Shown: positions 9,392-18,753 of the stretch, piece after piece
Position numbering within the stretch: the stretch's first letter is position 1
Layout of the letters: the number at the start of each line of letters is the position of its first letter
Origin: Verrucomicrobiia bacterium
GTDB lineage: Bacteria; Verrucomicrobiota; Verrucomicrobiia; Palsa-1439
Length of the DNA: 60,006 nt
Reading direction: 5' to 3'
Assembly: GCA_049511095.1 (NCBI GenBank)
Contig: JBEKYJ010000003.1
Location: 1 to 60,006 of the forward strand
Position numbers and translations under genes: made by a program
Notes under the pieces: generated by a model
The model's input: only the letters and a program-made list of their open reading frames with translations
Databases searched by the model: none
Told to the model about the DNA's origin: nothing

Positions 9392-12133
9392 CTATGGGTA
9401 CGTGATTTGGAGGCGATAGAACTTGTTTGTCTGCGTCGCGCCTAGGTCGGTGATGGTCACTTGATTGGCATTCGTCACCGGGACGCTGATACCTGTGAGA
9501 GTGGCCCATGCCCCGCTGGTCAGGTTCGTGCTGAACTGGGGCGTGTAGGTGCGTCCGGACGCAATCGGATTGTAGATCAGGTTCTTCTGGGTGGACACAC
9601 CGGAGACGTTGGCGATCTTTAGCACGAACACCGAGGTTGGGTTGGTCGGGTTGAGACCGGCGACGTACTTGAACAGGTTGTTTTGGCCAGTACCATCAGC
9701 ATCGCAGGTGGCACAGGACTGGCCGTTGGTTGTGTTGCTGGGGATGCTGGGGAAGTACTCTGCACGCCAAGAATCCGGGATGCCGTCGCCGACGCTGTCT
9801 TGCACTACGATGTTGGTGATGATGTTGTAGATGTTGACCCTGTAAAACTTGAAGGGGACAGCCGCGTTCGGATCCGTTACCGTCACCTGGGTGCCGTTGG
9901 TCAAGGGCGCTGAAACAGCTTGCGGACTCCACACGCCTGCCACTAGGTTAGTGACCGATTGCACCACATATGTGTGACCACTGGCGATGGGTTGATAAAT
10001 CAGATTCTTCTGTGTCGGTTGGCCAGGCACATTCTGGATTTGCAGCACGAACACCGAGGCCGGGTTGGTCGGGTCGAGTCCGGCCATGTACTTGAACAGG
10101 TTGTTCTGGCCGGTGCCGTCGGCGTCGCAGGTAGCACAGGATAGGGAGTTGGTGGTTGCGCCGTTGTCGCCGAAGTACTGTGCCCGCCACCAATCGGGAA
10201 TCGTGTCGCCCACGGAGTCCTTGGTGATGGCGACTTGCACATCGACGTACTCGTGAGGCGTGGTACCACCCTCGGCCGTCGGCTGAATGGTGATACTGGC
10301 AGCAGAGTCCGTGAAAGTCGTGCCCACAGCAAGTGCGGCATCTTGGTCACTGTTGCCCGGGGTGGTCATATCGAGAAGATCGCTATGGGTGTTGCCGTTA
10401 TAACCCCAGATGATGTAAGCACCGTTTTGCATGGACGCATTGTCGGTGAAGTTGCGACGGCAACTGATCCAATAGTTGTGCGTGCTGTCCTTGCCTATCT
10501 TCAAAGAGAACGTGCCTGTGGATGCGCTGTTGTCAAAACGATAGATGCGATACGTACCGTTGCTCGTCACCGTCAACACCTGGGTGTCCGATATCCAACC
10601 AAGCGTGTTCTTGAACCATGGGTTGAAATCGGTGCGAGTGTCGTTGGCGAAGTTGGCGCCCATCGTGTCGAAATCATCCCCATATTCCGTACTGGAGCCG
10701 TTTGGGCTAACCGGGTTGCCATCGCTGACCTGCCAAAGATTGGCATGCCAAAGACCGTAAGTATGACCTAGTTCGTGAGCTACGACGCGGAAATCGAACT
10801 CGCCGTTGGCCCATACATCTGGCCCGCCAACTTGGGCCAGGCCGCCGTAGGTGATCCCTGAGCCGGAGATGCTGCCGAGCCAAGAGAACAGGACGATAAT
10901 CCTGTCGTAGTTGCTCAACGTGTAGTTCGCGGCGGCAGCTGTTTCTGCGTCCGAATGCAGTTGGCTGTTAGCATTGTTGACCGCATAGTACGCAGCGGTC
11001 TGCGGCATGCGATAAACCTGAGTGGTGACGGTGTTCGTCAAGCTTGTGAGCGCGTAGGAACTTTGCAGGTAGTAGGGACTAATCTGCGTGTCAGCCAGGT
11101 TTTGAACGTAGGCCGCGGTGTATGTGGTGCCTCCATATATAAACTGGGGGTCGCCGGGCAAATCGGAGAAGTCGACCCGGATGATCAGAATCTTCTTGCC
11201 GCCGGTCGTCCAAGCAGATGGTGCGGCGGCCGTGGTCTCTTCGATTTGGGGTTGTGCGCTTGTCTCCAATAGCGCCGTTGCCTTCAACGTCCGGGGACCG
11301 ATCCCTTCCTCGGCTGCTTCCAGACGGGCTTCTGCTTCCCGCAACTGTTCGGGAGAGGCGAAGCGGTAAATCTTCCCGCTCATCTCAGCGAGTATTGGTG
11401 TCGCCTCGGAGATCGCCCGCTCCGCGGGGATCCTTAGATCAATGATCGGCTTGGTCGCGCCCGGGGCTTCACCGGGTTCGAGTTCACGCAAAACACTCTC
11501 ATGTAGGTCCAGATTATCGTCGAGAGCCACCCCGTGCAGAGGAATACCAAGTTTTGTGGTCTGGCTGGTTCGCCGTCCGTATACATGTGCCCGGTACGTA
11601 CGGCCATTTAGACACACCAACCTTTGAAGCGGCTCAACAGTTGGCCCACCCCGTGCAGGTAGAACACCCAGAACGGAAAGATCACCTATGCCAGAGACGC
11701 GGACTTCCAATTGGCTAACAATCTCAGCGGGCAACTGCTGACGGATCGACGCGGGAACCGCTGAATAGATCGCTCTTGCGGGATCGGACGTGATAAGCGC
11801 AGCAAAGGCGGCGCGGCGCTGCTTTGCCAGACTAAGACCATCAGAGAGCATCGCGGCCCTAGCCGTTCTATCTGATGTGGCTGTGAATCGTGAGGCCCAT
11901 GCATCGAAGTGTGCGAAGACAGGGATAGATTCACTGCGACTCCACCCTTCTGCATAAGTTAAGCTTTGCGCTTTTACCTCCGGCGGTGGAGAACCTTTGG
12001 TGACCGTTTGCGCTTGTGAAAGTTGGGTGAAGAAGAGAAACATGAGGGGGCAGCGGAGAAGGCCGCACCTGCAACTGCTGCTTGGGATTTTCAGAATGGC
12101 GGGGACCAGAGACGTACACTTTTTCGTATTCAT
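9392..12133 (-). CDS. secreted metzincin-type zinc metallopeptidase with two C-terminal repeat modules
   Basis: HELGHTYGLWH matches HExxHxxGxxH. ATG 12133 gives a signal-like N-terminus (MNTKKCTSLVPA...FFTQLSQAQT). The ORF extension to 12511 has no coding character. GC looks lower than in neighbouring genes. Confidence 0.75.
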   Translation of the reverse strand: MNTKKCTSLVPAILKIPSSSCRCGLLRCPLMFLFFTQLSQAQTVTKGSPPPEVKAQSLTYAEGWSRSESIPVFAHFDAWASRFTATSDRTARAAMLSDGLSLAKQRRAAFAALITSDPARAIYSAVPASIRQQLPAEIVSQLEVRVSGIGDLSVLGVLPARGGPTVEPLQRLVCLNGRTYRAHVYGRRTSQTTKLGIPLHGVALDDNLDLHESVLRELEPGEAPGATKPIIDLRIPAERAISEATPILAEMSGKIYRFASPEQLREAEARLEAAEEGIGPRTLKATALLETSAQPQIEETTAAAPSAWTTGGKKILIIRVDFSDLPGDPQFIYGGTTYTAAYVQNLADTQISPYYLQSSYALTSLTNTVTTQVYRMPQTAAYYAVNNANSQLHSDAETAAAANYTLSNYDRIIVLFSWLGSISGSGITYGGLAQVGGPDVWANGEFDFRVVAHELGHTYGLWHANLWQVSDGNPVSPNGSSTEYGDDFDTMGANFANDTRTDFNPWFKNTLGWISDTQVLTVTSNGTYRIYRFDNSASTGTFSLKIGKDSTHNYWISCRRNFTDNASMQNGAYIIWGYNGNTHSDLLDMTTPGNSDQDAALAVGTTFTDSAASITIQPTAEGGTTPHEYVDVQVAITKDSVGDTIPDWWRAQYFGDNGATTNSLSCATCDADGTGQNNLFKYMAGLDPTNPASVFVLQIQNVPGQPTQKNLIYQPIASGHTYVVQSVTNLVAGVWSPQAVSAPLTNGTQVTVTDPNAAVPFKFYRVNIYNIITNIVVQDSVGDGIPDSWRAEYFPSIPSNTTNGQSCATCDADGTGQNNLFKYVAGLNPTNPTSVFVLKIANVSGVSTQKNLIYNPIASGRTYTPQFSTNLTSGAWATLTGISVPVTNANQVTITDLGATQTNKFYRLQITYP
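9395..10219 (-). repeat. tandem duplication of a 135-140-aa module inside the metallopeptidase gene (copies 9800-10219 and 9395-9799)
   Basis: Both copies read DSVGD.IPD.WRA.YF...CATCDADGTGQNNLFKY.AGL.PTNP.SVFVL.I.NV...QKNLIY.PIASG.TY...FYR. Nucleotide similarity is obvious, for example 9600-9720 versus 10020-10150. Confidence 0.85.
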
Positions 12134-12991
12134 CCTGCGTCTCCTCACACGGTCATTTCGGTTGCAGCGTTCACAGGTCACTCGCAACAAAACTCCGTTA
12201 CCTGCTCCTAGCCTCACGCAGACGGGACGCGTTGGGGTTGAGAGGCGGCCCCAGAAACGGGGTGATGCTTGCCTCATACGCCTGTGGGTAGAGGAGAAGC
12301 AAGACATTAATTCTCGTATGGGCCAATCCTCAGTGGCAAAGTTTGCACATACGTTCCAAGGCGACCAGCCCGCGTCTATCGCGGTTTCCTCGCTGGCGAC
12401 GATTGCGGGCCGTGGTGAATAATTACGAGGCTGCGCGAGATGGGCAACTCCGTCGCCGCTCTCCGCGTGCCGCAGGACGGCCAACTGCGTTTTACGCCGC
12501 GTGACCAACAACTACCACACCGAACCATTCAGACCGCCCCCCCAACCCAACGCTCCGCCTGCCGCATTTCGCCCATGCCGACCACCTGCGCTGTACGCCC
12601 GGGTGCACTGCCACAACCACCGCACCGCTGCTCGCTTCCTTCACTCCGCTTACGGCAGATTCTTGGGCAAAGCTCTTCTGGTTTTTCTTTATGGTGACAT
12701 GCTATCGTCGGCTCGATGGCAAGACGGAAGCCGGTCGATGACACTCCGCGCCAAGGGACGGCGGTGCCGGGGGCGTGGCTGGCCGCGGGCATCTTTGCGC
12801 TTCACCCGGTGAGCGTGGAGTCCGTGGCGATGGATCGCGAATACTTGGCGCAGGCCGAGGCCCAGTTGAAGGAAGCGATTCGGGATGGCCGTCGGCGCTG
12901 CGAAATAGCGGTAGCATCAATCCACCGCAGGCGATGGCCAGGAAGCACGATGACTAGCATCCGGTTGTGGCGAAGGGAAAACTGCAATTTT

Positions 12992-14731
12992 TCAACCTGG
13001 AGGTTTGGAGCTTGCGTCCGATTTGCGATGGAAAATCAGAAAAGTTTGGTCGCCCTCAAGATAAGGCCTACCCGGTAGCCAGCCGAGATTGCGAATTTTT
13101 TCCGAGGCATCAAACACCTGAACCTGGTCGTAGTTTTCCTGTAGTGGGCCAGGCTGAACGAGGCTTTTGTGCTCAATGTCCCACGGGCGCAGCACCAGCC
13201 AATCCGGTTTGAGTTCGAGGGAGACTTGATTGTGCCTGTAAGGGCCAAGCCGCTTGCGGACCTCGACCATTTCTTTCGAGGCCAGGCCGAGACCATCGAG
13301 CATCTTCAATCCTGAAAAATAGCCGATGTAACCCAGCGGTTCGAGCATCACGGTGTCGTGCGGCGTTCGCGCGTGGACCCGCAGCCAGAGACCAATCTGG
13401 CGACGCTGTCCATTCTCAATGAGTTGCTGTTGCACCCGCATTTGACGCGCCACGCATACCGTGATGAACAACTGACCTGCAACCAGCAAAAGGGCCAGCA
13501 CACAAAGCGTGCCTCGGAGCAGGCGGCACCAATCACGCCGCCGGCCGGCCAGACCGAGCGCTTGGTCGAACAGAAGGCCGATGGTCAGATAACCGAACAC
13601 TGCGACAGTCGGAAAATACCACGGGTACGGATTTATCAATACGGAGGTCAAAAAAAAGTTCCCCAGAAAAAAGGCCAGCGAAAACAGGCGCAGTTGGGGA
13701 GGCAATGGCGGGAATGGCCAGGCCAGGGCGGCCACAATCCCCAGCGCCGTGCAGAGCGGGAAAATGGACCCAGGCCATCCGCCGAACCACGCGTAGGCCG
13801 GTGCGAATACCCAGCGCAGGCTGGTCACGTCGGTCAACAATGTCCACGGGAACACAAGCAGATTGAACAATTGCGCGCCAATGGAAAACGGAGGCAAAGT
13901 CGTTCCCTTGGCCACGACGGGATACGGCACCGGCGACCCATAGTAACTCCACGCCCACACGAACCAGGGCAAGTAAAGCACGGTGCAAACCAAACCGGCC
14001 GCCAGAAGAACTTTCCACAAGCCCTTTCGTGACTGTCCGGCCGTCCGGTTGGGCGAAAAGAGCAGCGCGCCGATTCCCAGCGCGGCAATATACACGCAAC
14101 TGTCCGGGCGCGTCCACATCAAGCCCGCCCAGCCGGCCCCGATACGCAACATCTGACGCGGACCAGTCACCACCAAACCGTGTATCGCCAGTGCCAGAAA
14201 GAAAAAGAGTAGTCCCGTTTCCATGCCGTTGATGCTGAAATCCACCAGCTTTGCATCCAGCCCAAGGAGTGCCAGGGTCAGCCAGGCGGCCAGGCGATGC
14301 TGTTGCAGTTTTTGCAGCAGGAGAAAAAGCAGGACCATGCCAGCCGCCAGTGCGGCGATGCTCGTCAGACGGAACAGCCACAATGCCAATTCGTCTGATT
14401 GATTACCCGTGAGCCAGCTAAATCCCGCGGGCAGTAAGACCCCTAGCGGCGAGGTGAACGTGTGCAACCGTTCGCCGGGAGTAAAAACGAGGCCGTGGCC
14501 CGTCGCCAGATTTCGACCGCAGCGAAACGTGATCCAATAGTCCTCCCAGACGTGTTGGGTGTAGATCGCAAACACCAAGCCAAAGAGGAACACCGCTCCC
14601 CCGACCATCACAGCAGGTCTGATTACCGCCGTTCGCATGGAGGAGGAAGATAGCCCGCCCGGTTGGCTGGTCAATGTCGGCATGGCCAGTTCGTTTCGGG
14701 GACGATAACACCGATTACGAATCGTTGACAA
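12992..14731 (-). CDS. polytopic membrane glycosyltransferase, GT-C fold (ArnT/PMT/arabinofuranosyltransferase-like); family tentative
   Basis: Many hydrophobic segments. N-terminal loop motif WEDYWITFRCGRNLATGHGLVFTPGERLHTFTSPL. The start may be an internal Met (14683 or 14638). Confidence 0.65.
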   Translation of the reverse strand: MSTIRNRCYRPRNELAMPTLTSQPGGLSSSSMRTAVIRPAVMVGGAVFLFGLVFAIYTQHVWEDYWITFRCGRNLATGHGLVFTPGERLHTFTSPLGVLLPAGFSWLTGNQSDELALWLFRLTSIAALAAGMVLLFLLLQKLQQHRLAAWLTLALLGLDAKLVDFSINGMETGLLFFFLALAIHGLVVTGPRQMLRIGAGWAGLMWTRPDSCVYIAALGIGALLFSPNRTAGQSRKGLWKVLLAAGLVCTVLYLPWFVWAWSYYGSPVPYPVVAKGTTLPPFSIGAQLFNLLVFPWTLLTDVTSLRWVFAPAYAWFGGWPGSIFPLCTALGIVAALAWPFPPLPPQLRLFSLAFFLGNFFLTSVLINPYPWYFPTVAVFGYLTIGLLFDQALGLAGRRRDWCRLLRGTLCVLALLLVAGQLFITVCVARQMRVQQQLIENGQRRQIGLWLRVHARTPHDTVMLEPLGYIGYFSGLKMLDGLGLASKEMVEVRKRLGPYRHNQVSLELKPDWLVLRPWDIEHKSLVQPGPLQENYDQVQVFDASEKIRNLGWLPGRPYLEGDQTFLIFHRKSDASSKPPG

Positions 14732-15147
14732 GCACGGGCATTGCCCGGCAATCCCCGTGCTCCAGGCCGCAATTGCCCTTCACGCCAGCAGCAAAATCGC
14801 CATCATCTTCGCAAAGCAATTCTCCGGGCGCAGAATCATAGAAGAAAAACACCGGGAGACGGGCGGCGAGTCAACGGTGGAAGTTCAGGGCGACAGGGAA
14901 CTCTTACCTTGACGCGCAGAACCGTCGCGCGGTGTTGGTAGAGCGCCACGGAAAATACACTCATGATCAAGTCGGAAGTCGATCGACCCCACCCCCACCT
15001 CTGGAGCGTGGGCCTCGACAGCCCACACCCTCAGCAGAGGTTCCCCAGGTTCTTTCGGTCTGGACGCACCAAGTCTTCAAGAGCAGAATTACAGTCAAAG
15101 CAGTCTTTCGACAGATACGTTGGGCAAACAGAAACAGCGAGATCGAT

Positions 15148-15648
15148 ATGAGCGTCAATCGAAATGCAAGGAATCCAGAGAAATACGCGCCCATCGTGGA
15201 CAGGGTCTGGACTTGCCCAAGTTGCGGCGGCACAAATCCCGACGTTTACGTCATATGTCGGGATTGCGGTCAGCGTGCGCAACACGAAAACGACACCGAA
15301 CCGGACTCCGGCCAGTTGGAGACACGCTCCGAGCGGAAGGGTTCCGTTTCACAGTCGGAGGCACTCCCCACGAAGGATCAACTGATGGCATTTTGGGCTT
15401 CCGGCCTTTCAAAAATTGGAGGCCCCATTACTACGCTAATCGTCATTGGCTTGGTTCTGGACCACAACCCATCTCCTGGACACTTGCTTCCTTTGAGCTG
15501 GGACATCGGCATTCTGGTCGGCACAGTCGGTTGCATCATGGGTCTGTTTGGGATTGGTGCCCTCGTTGGTCATTCCATTTGGTTTCTCAAATACCGCAGC
15601 AAGGAATCGGAGACTGCGTCTCCCTCGACGGCACAAAACGAACGGTAG
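15148..15648 (+). CDS. hypothetical zinc-ribbon membrane protein
   Basis: From ATG 15148: CPSCGG...CRDCG zinc ribbon followed by two hydrophobic helices. The upstream part of the ORF (14932-15147) looks non-coding. Confidence 0.5.
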   Translation: MSVNRNARNPEKYAPIVDRVWTCPSCGGTNPDVYVICRDCGQRAQHENDTEPDSGQLETRSERKGSVSQSEALPTKDQLMAFWASGLSKIGGPITTLIVIGLVLDHNPSPGHLLPLSWDIGILVGTVGCIMGLFGIGALVGHSIWFLKYRSKESETASPSTAQNER

Positions 15649-15662
15649 ACTAGCGCACGATC

Positions 15663-16076
15663 TCACGTACTCCGTTTGACCGCCTTCTGCTTGGCAAACA
15701 TCAGCGCGACACGAGCACAATCCGCAGGCGGCAGCGGGCGATCTTCCAGCGGGTGAAAACCGCTAAGCTGCGTGGCGTCCCACGGGACATCTGCGAGGTC
15801 CAACCGGCTGACGCCAGCAGCCAGCGCATGTGCCCGTGTGGGATACTCCGAGATTGCCACTGTAGGGATCAGGTCTTTCAACTTGTACGCCCACCGCGGC
15901 CCAAATAGGCGCTTGAGGTCATCGGGACCGTTCACCGCGTATCCGTGAAAGCGAAAGCCCGCCGCGAGCAGCTCCAATTTCCGACGCCACACCCATCCCC
16001 CAGATGTCGCCCACCCGAACCGTGTTGACCACTCACGCCAGCCTTGCGAATAGCGCACGAAGCGGCGCACCACCAT
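15663..16076 (-). CDS. hypothetical protein (137 aa)
   Basis: Open frame downstream of the response regulator. ATG at 16076. The longer ORF to 16448 overlaps the receiver gene. No family recognised. Confidence 0.4.
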   Translation of the reverse strand: MVVRRFVRYSQGWREWSTRFGWATSGGWVWRRKLELLAAGFRFHGYAVNGPDDLKRLFGPRWAYKLKDLIPTVAISEYPTRAHALAAGVSRLDLADVPWDATQLSGFHPLEDRPLPPADCARVALMFAKQKAVKRST

Positions 16077-16138
16077 CCGCCTGCGCCGGGAAATCAAGGC
16101 TTGCAGAACGACACTCCGATCGTACCAACCACTGAACT

Positions 16139-16564
16139 CTAAAAAGATTGCGTTGCCAGCACGGGTAACATTTCGCGGATGGTTTGGAGCGCCTCCTGTA
16201 TCTGCAGCGGCTTGTGAATGCACGCATCGATCGGATAGCGGTCCATGATCTGCCGCAAGTCTGTTTCTTCCGCGCCGGAAAAAAGGATCACCTTGATCTC
16301 GGGATTGAGCTTGCGCAAGCGCTCGACCACCTCGCCGCCGTCCAAGAGCGGCATGAAGAAGTCGATAATCACCACATCGATGGAATCCTTTTCCCGCGCG
16401 TACTTTTCCAGCGCCTTGACGGGATTCGACGCAACTTGGACGAGGCATCCATTGCGTTCCAAAACGCTCTTGGCCGACATGGCGTTAATATTGTCGTCGT
16501 CGACAATGAGGATACGGATGGAATGCGTCCGCTCCGCTTCATTTGCTGGTTCGGTTATCGGCAT
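16139..16564 (-). CDS. stand-alone response regulator receiver (CheY-like)
   Basis: LIVDDD, phospho-acceptor context VVIIDFFMP, ILFSG, IHKPL. No output domain. Start ATG 16564 (MPITEP) preferred over 16648. Confidence 0.85.
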   Translation of the reverse strand: MPITEPANEAERTHSIRILIVDDDNINAMSAKSVLERNGCLVQVASNPVKALEKYAREKDSIDVVIIDFFMPLLDGGEVVERLRKLNPEIKVILFSGAEETDLRQIMDRYPIDACIHKPLQIQEALQTIREMLPVLATQSF

Positions 16565-16704
16565 AAGATGGCTTTTCGCTCCTATTTGCGGGCTCTCGTT
16601 TAAGCAAGTCATATGCCACCCAGGGCCTTGTGGTGCAGCATTATCCAATGTCGGTTTCCCCGACCCGAGGCGTGGAATACTCCCTGCTCTGGCGGTTACT
16701 CATC

Positions 16705-17097
16705 ATGATGGGGGCCACTGACATCGACAACCGTGACGGAATCCTCGCCATTGATGACGAACTGGAGCTGTTGGACGTCGTCAGGAAAAGCCTGGATCTC
16801 GCCGGTTTCAAGGTTCATACCGCATCGACCGCCCAGGACGGCATCGAATTGTACGAGAAGAACTGGAAGAATATCAAAGTGGTCCTGCTCGACTACGTGA
16901 TGCCGGAGATGACAGAAGACCTCATCTTCGAATGCCTGAAACGTCAAAACCCCGATGTCCGCGCCATCCTGCTGACCGGTTGCGAGGATCATGTCGCCAA
17001 CCCGATGTTTCAGGAAGGTCTCTTCGGCTACATGCACAAACCGTTCTTCGTGGAGGATCTCATCCACCAAGTGCAGCAGGCCATCGACTCGGTCTGA
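16705..17097 (+). CDS. stand-alone response regulator receiver (CheY-like)
   Basis: LAIDDE, VVLLDYVMP, LLTG, MHKPF. Start at the ATGATG 16705. Divergent from the other receiver gene. Confidence 0.85.
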   Translation: MMGATDIDNRDGILAIDDELELLDVVRKSLDLAGFKVHTASTAQDGIELYEKNWKNIKVVLLDYVMPEMTEDLIFECLKRQNPDVRAILLTGCEDHVANPMFQEGLFGYMHKPFFVEDLIHQVQQAIDSV

Positions 17098-17220
17098 ATG
17101 GCGCGCAGGACTCGCCGGTCGACACACCCCCAGCCAAACCGCGCGAGTTTGAGTTGAGGCCCCGAAACCTCTCCTTCCGTTGCATATCGCAGGTGGGTGG
17201 CGTAAGTTCACGCCACGGTC

Positions 17221-18753
17221 ATGCAGGATACAATCGCAGCCAATCCACTTCGGGAAGGCCTCAGCACGCAGCAAGCGCCGGAACCGTGCGCCTTGGTTAT
17301 CTTCGGCGCCACCGGCGACCTCACCCACCGCAAGCTCGTCCCGGCCCTCTATAACCTCGCGCACGAAGGACAGCTCCCGCAGTCGTTCGTTATCGTTGGT
17401 TTCGCGCGCCGGCCGAAGACCCATGACCAGTTTCGTGCCGAGTTGCGCGACGCCGTAGCGCAGTTCTCGCGCTTCCAGCCCATCAACCCCGCCGTGCGGG
17501 ATGCGCTGGCGCAGGCGATTTTCTACCACCAATCGGAGTTTGCGGACCCGAAAGGGTACCAGACGCTCGGCGAATTCCTGCAAAGACTTGACGCCGAGCG
17601 CGGCACCGCCGGCAATCGTCTCTTCTACCTCGCCACGTCGCCGACGGAGTTCATCGGCATCATCGAACAGCTTGGCGCGAGCGGCGTGGCCCGGACGCGC
17701 GGATCACCGCCGCGCATCATTGTCGAGAAACCATTCGGCCGCAGCCTCCCCACGGCCCACGAGTTGAACCACAAGTTGGCCGGTGTCTTCCCCGAGCGGC
17801 AGGTTTTCCGCATCGACCATTATCTCGGGAAGGAAACCGTCCAGAACATCGTGGCTCTTCGTTTCGGCAACGAAGTTTTCGAGCCGCTTTGGAACCAGAA
17901 ATACATCGACCACATCCAGATCACGGTTGCCGAATCCCTGGGTGTGGAAGACCGCGGCAGTTATTACGACAACTCCGGCGCATTGCGCGACATGGTACAG
18001 AACCATCTGATGCAATTGCTCTCATTGGTGGCAATGGAGCCGCCTCCCGTGCTGGAAGGCGAAGCCATTCACGACGAAAAAGTGAAGGTTCTGCGCGCCC
18101 TCCGTCCGATCACACCTGACCAGGTCCAGCAGCTCACCGTGCGCGGCCAGTACGCGCCCGGCTCAATGGCGGGCAACCCCGTTCCCGGCTATCGGGAGGA
18201 AAAGAACGTGGCCCGCGACTCGCGCACCGAAACCTTTGTGGCGCTGAAATTCTTCATCGACAATTGGCGCTGGGCCGGCGTCCCGTTTTACCTCCGCCAC
18301 GGCAAGCGACTGCCCAAAGGCGTGGCCGAGATCGCCATTCAATTCCAGGCGCCCCCCGCCGTGCTGTTTGCCGCCGAATCGCCCGTTCCGCTCCAGCCGA
18401 ATGTGCTGGTGCTCCGCATTCAGCCCGATGAAGGCATCGCCATCCGCATGAACGCAAAAGTCCCGGGCAACACGATCAACCTGCAACCGGTGAAGATGGA
18501 TTTCCGTTACGGCGGCAGCTTCGGCGCCCGCTCGCCGGAAGCGTATGAACGACTGCTTCATGATATCATCCTCGGCGACTCGACGTTGTTTACGCGCCAC
18601 GACGAGGTCGAGCGTTCATGGCAGATCATCGACGCGATCATCGACGGCTGGAACGCGTCCCCTGCCCCCTTGCCTTACGAGTCGGGTACGTGGGGTCCGA
18701 CGGAAGCAGACGAGTTCATCCAGCGTGACGGTCGGGAATGGAGACGCCCGTAA
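17221..18753 (+). CDS. zwf: glucose-6-phosphate 1-dehydrogenase
   Basis: ALVIFGATGDLTHRKLVPALYNL, RIDHYLGKE and full-length G6PD similarity. Stops with TAA. Confidence 0.95.
   Translation: MQDTIAANPLREGLSTQQAPEPCALVIFGATGDLTHRKLVPALYNLAHEGQLPQSFVIVGFARRPKTHDQFRAELRDAVAQFSRFQPINPAVRDALAQAIFYHQSEFADPKGYQTLGEFLQRLDAERGTAGNRLFYLATSPTEFIGIIEQLGASGVARTRGSPPRIIVEKPFGRSLPTAHELNHKLAGVFPERQVFRIDHYLGKETVQNIVALRFGNEVFEPLWNQKYIDHIQITVAESLGVEDRGSYYDNSGALRDMVQNHLMQLLSLVAMEPPPVLEGEAIHDEKVKVLRALRPITPDQVQQLTVRGQYAPGSMAGNPVPGYREEKNVARDSRTETFVALKFFIDNWRWAGVPFYLRHGKRLPKGVAEIAIQFQAPPAVLFAAESPVPLQPNVLVLRIQPDEGIAIRMNAKVPGNTINLQPVKMDFRYGGSFGARSPEAYERLLHDIILGDSTLFTRHDEVERSWQIIDAIIDGWNASPAPLPYESGTWGPTEADEFIQRDGREWRRP

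Noticed and set aside
12134-12511. The N-terminal 126-aa extension of the metallopeptidase ORF. Similar 5-prime extensions occur at 21827-22060, 19828-19944, 36158-36688, 14932-15147, 40543-40800 and 27582-27722.
   Set aside because: The extensions lack coding character or overlap neighbouring genes. Internal ATGs give proper signal peptides, SD sequences or family-typical N-termini.
14731-14761. A 13-bp stem hairpin (AGCACGGGCATTGC...GCAATCCCCGTGCT) considered as an intrinsic terminator.
   Set aside because: No U-tract follows on either strand. It lies upstream of, not downstream from, the nearest genes. Its function is unknown and the evidence is too weak to call.
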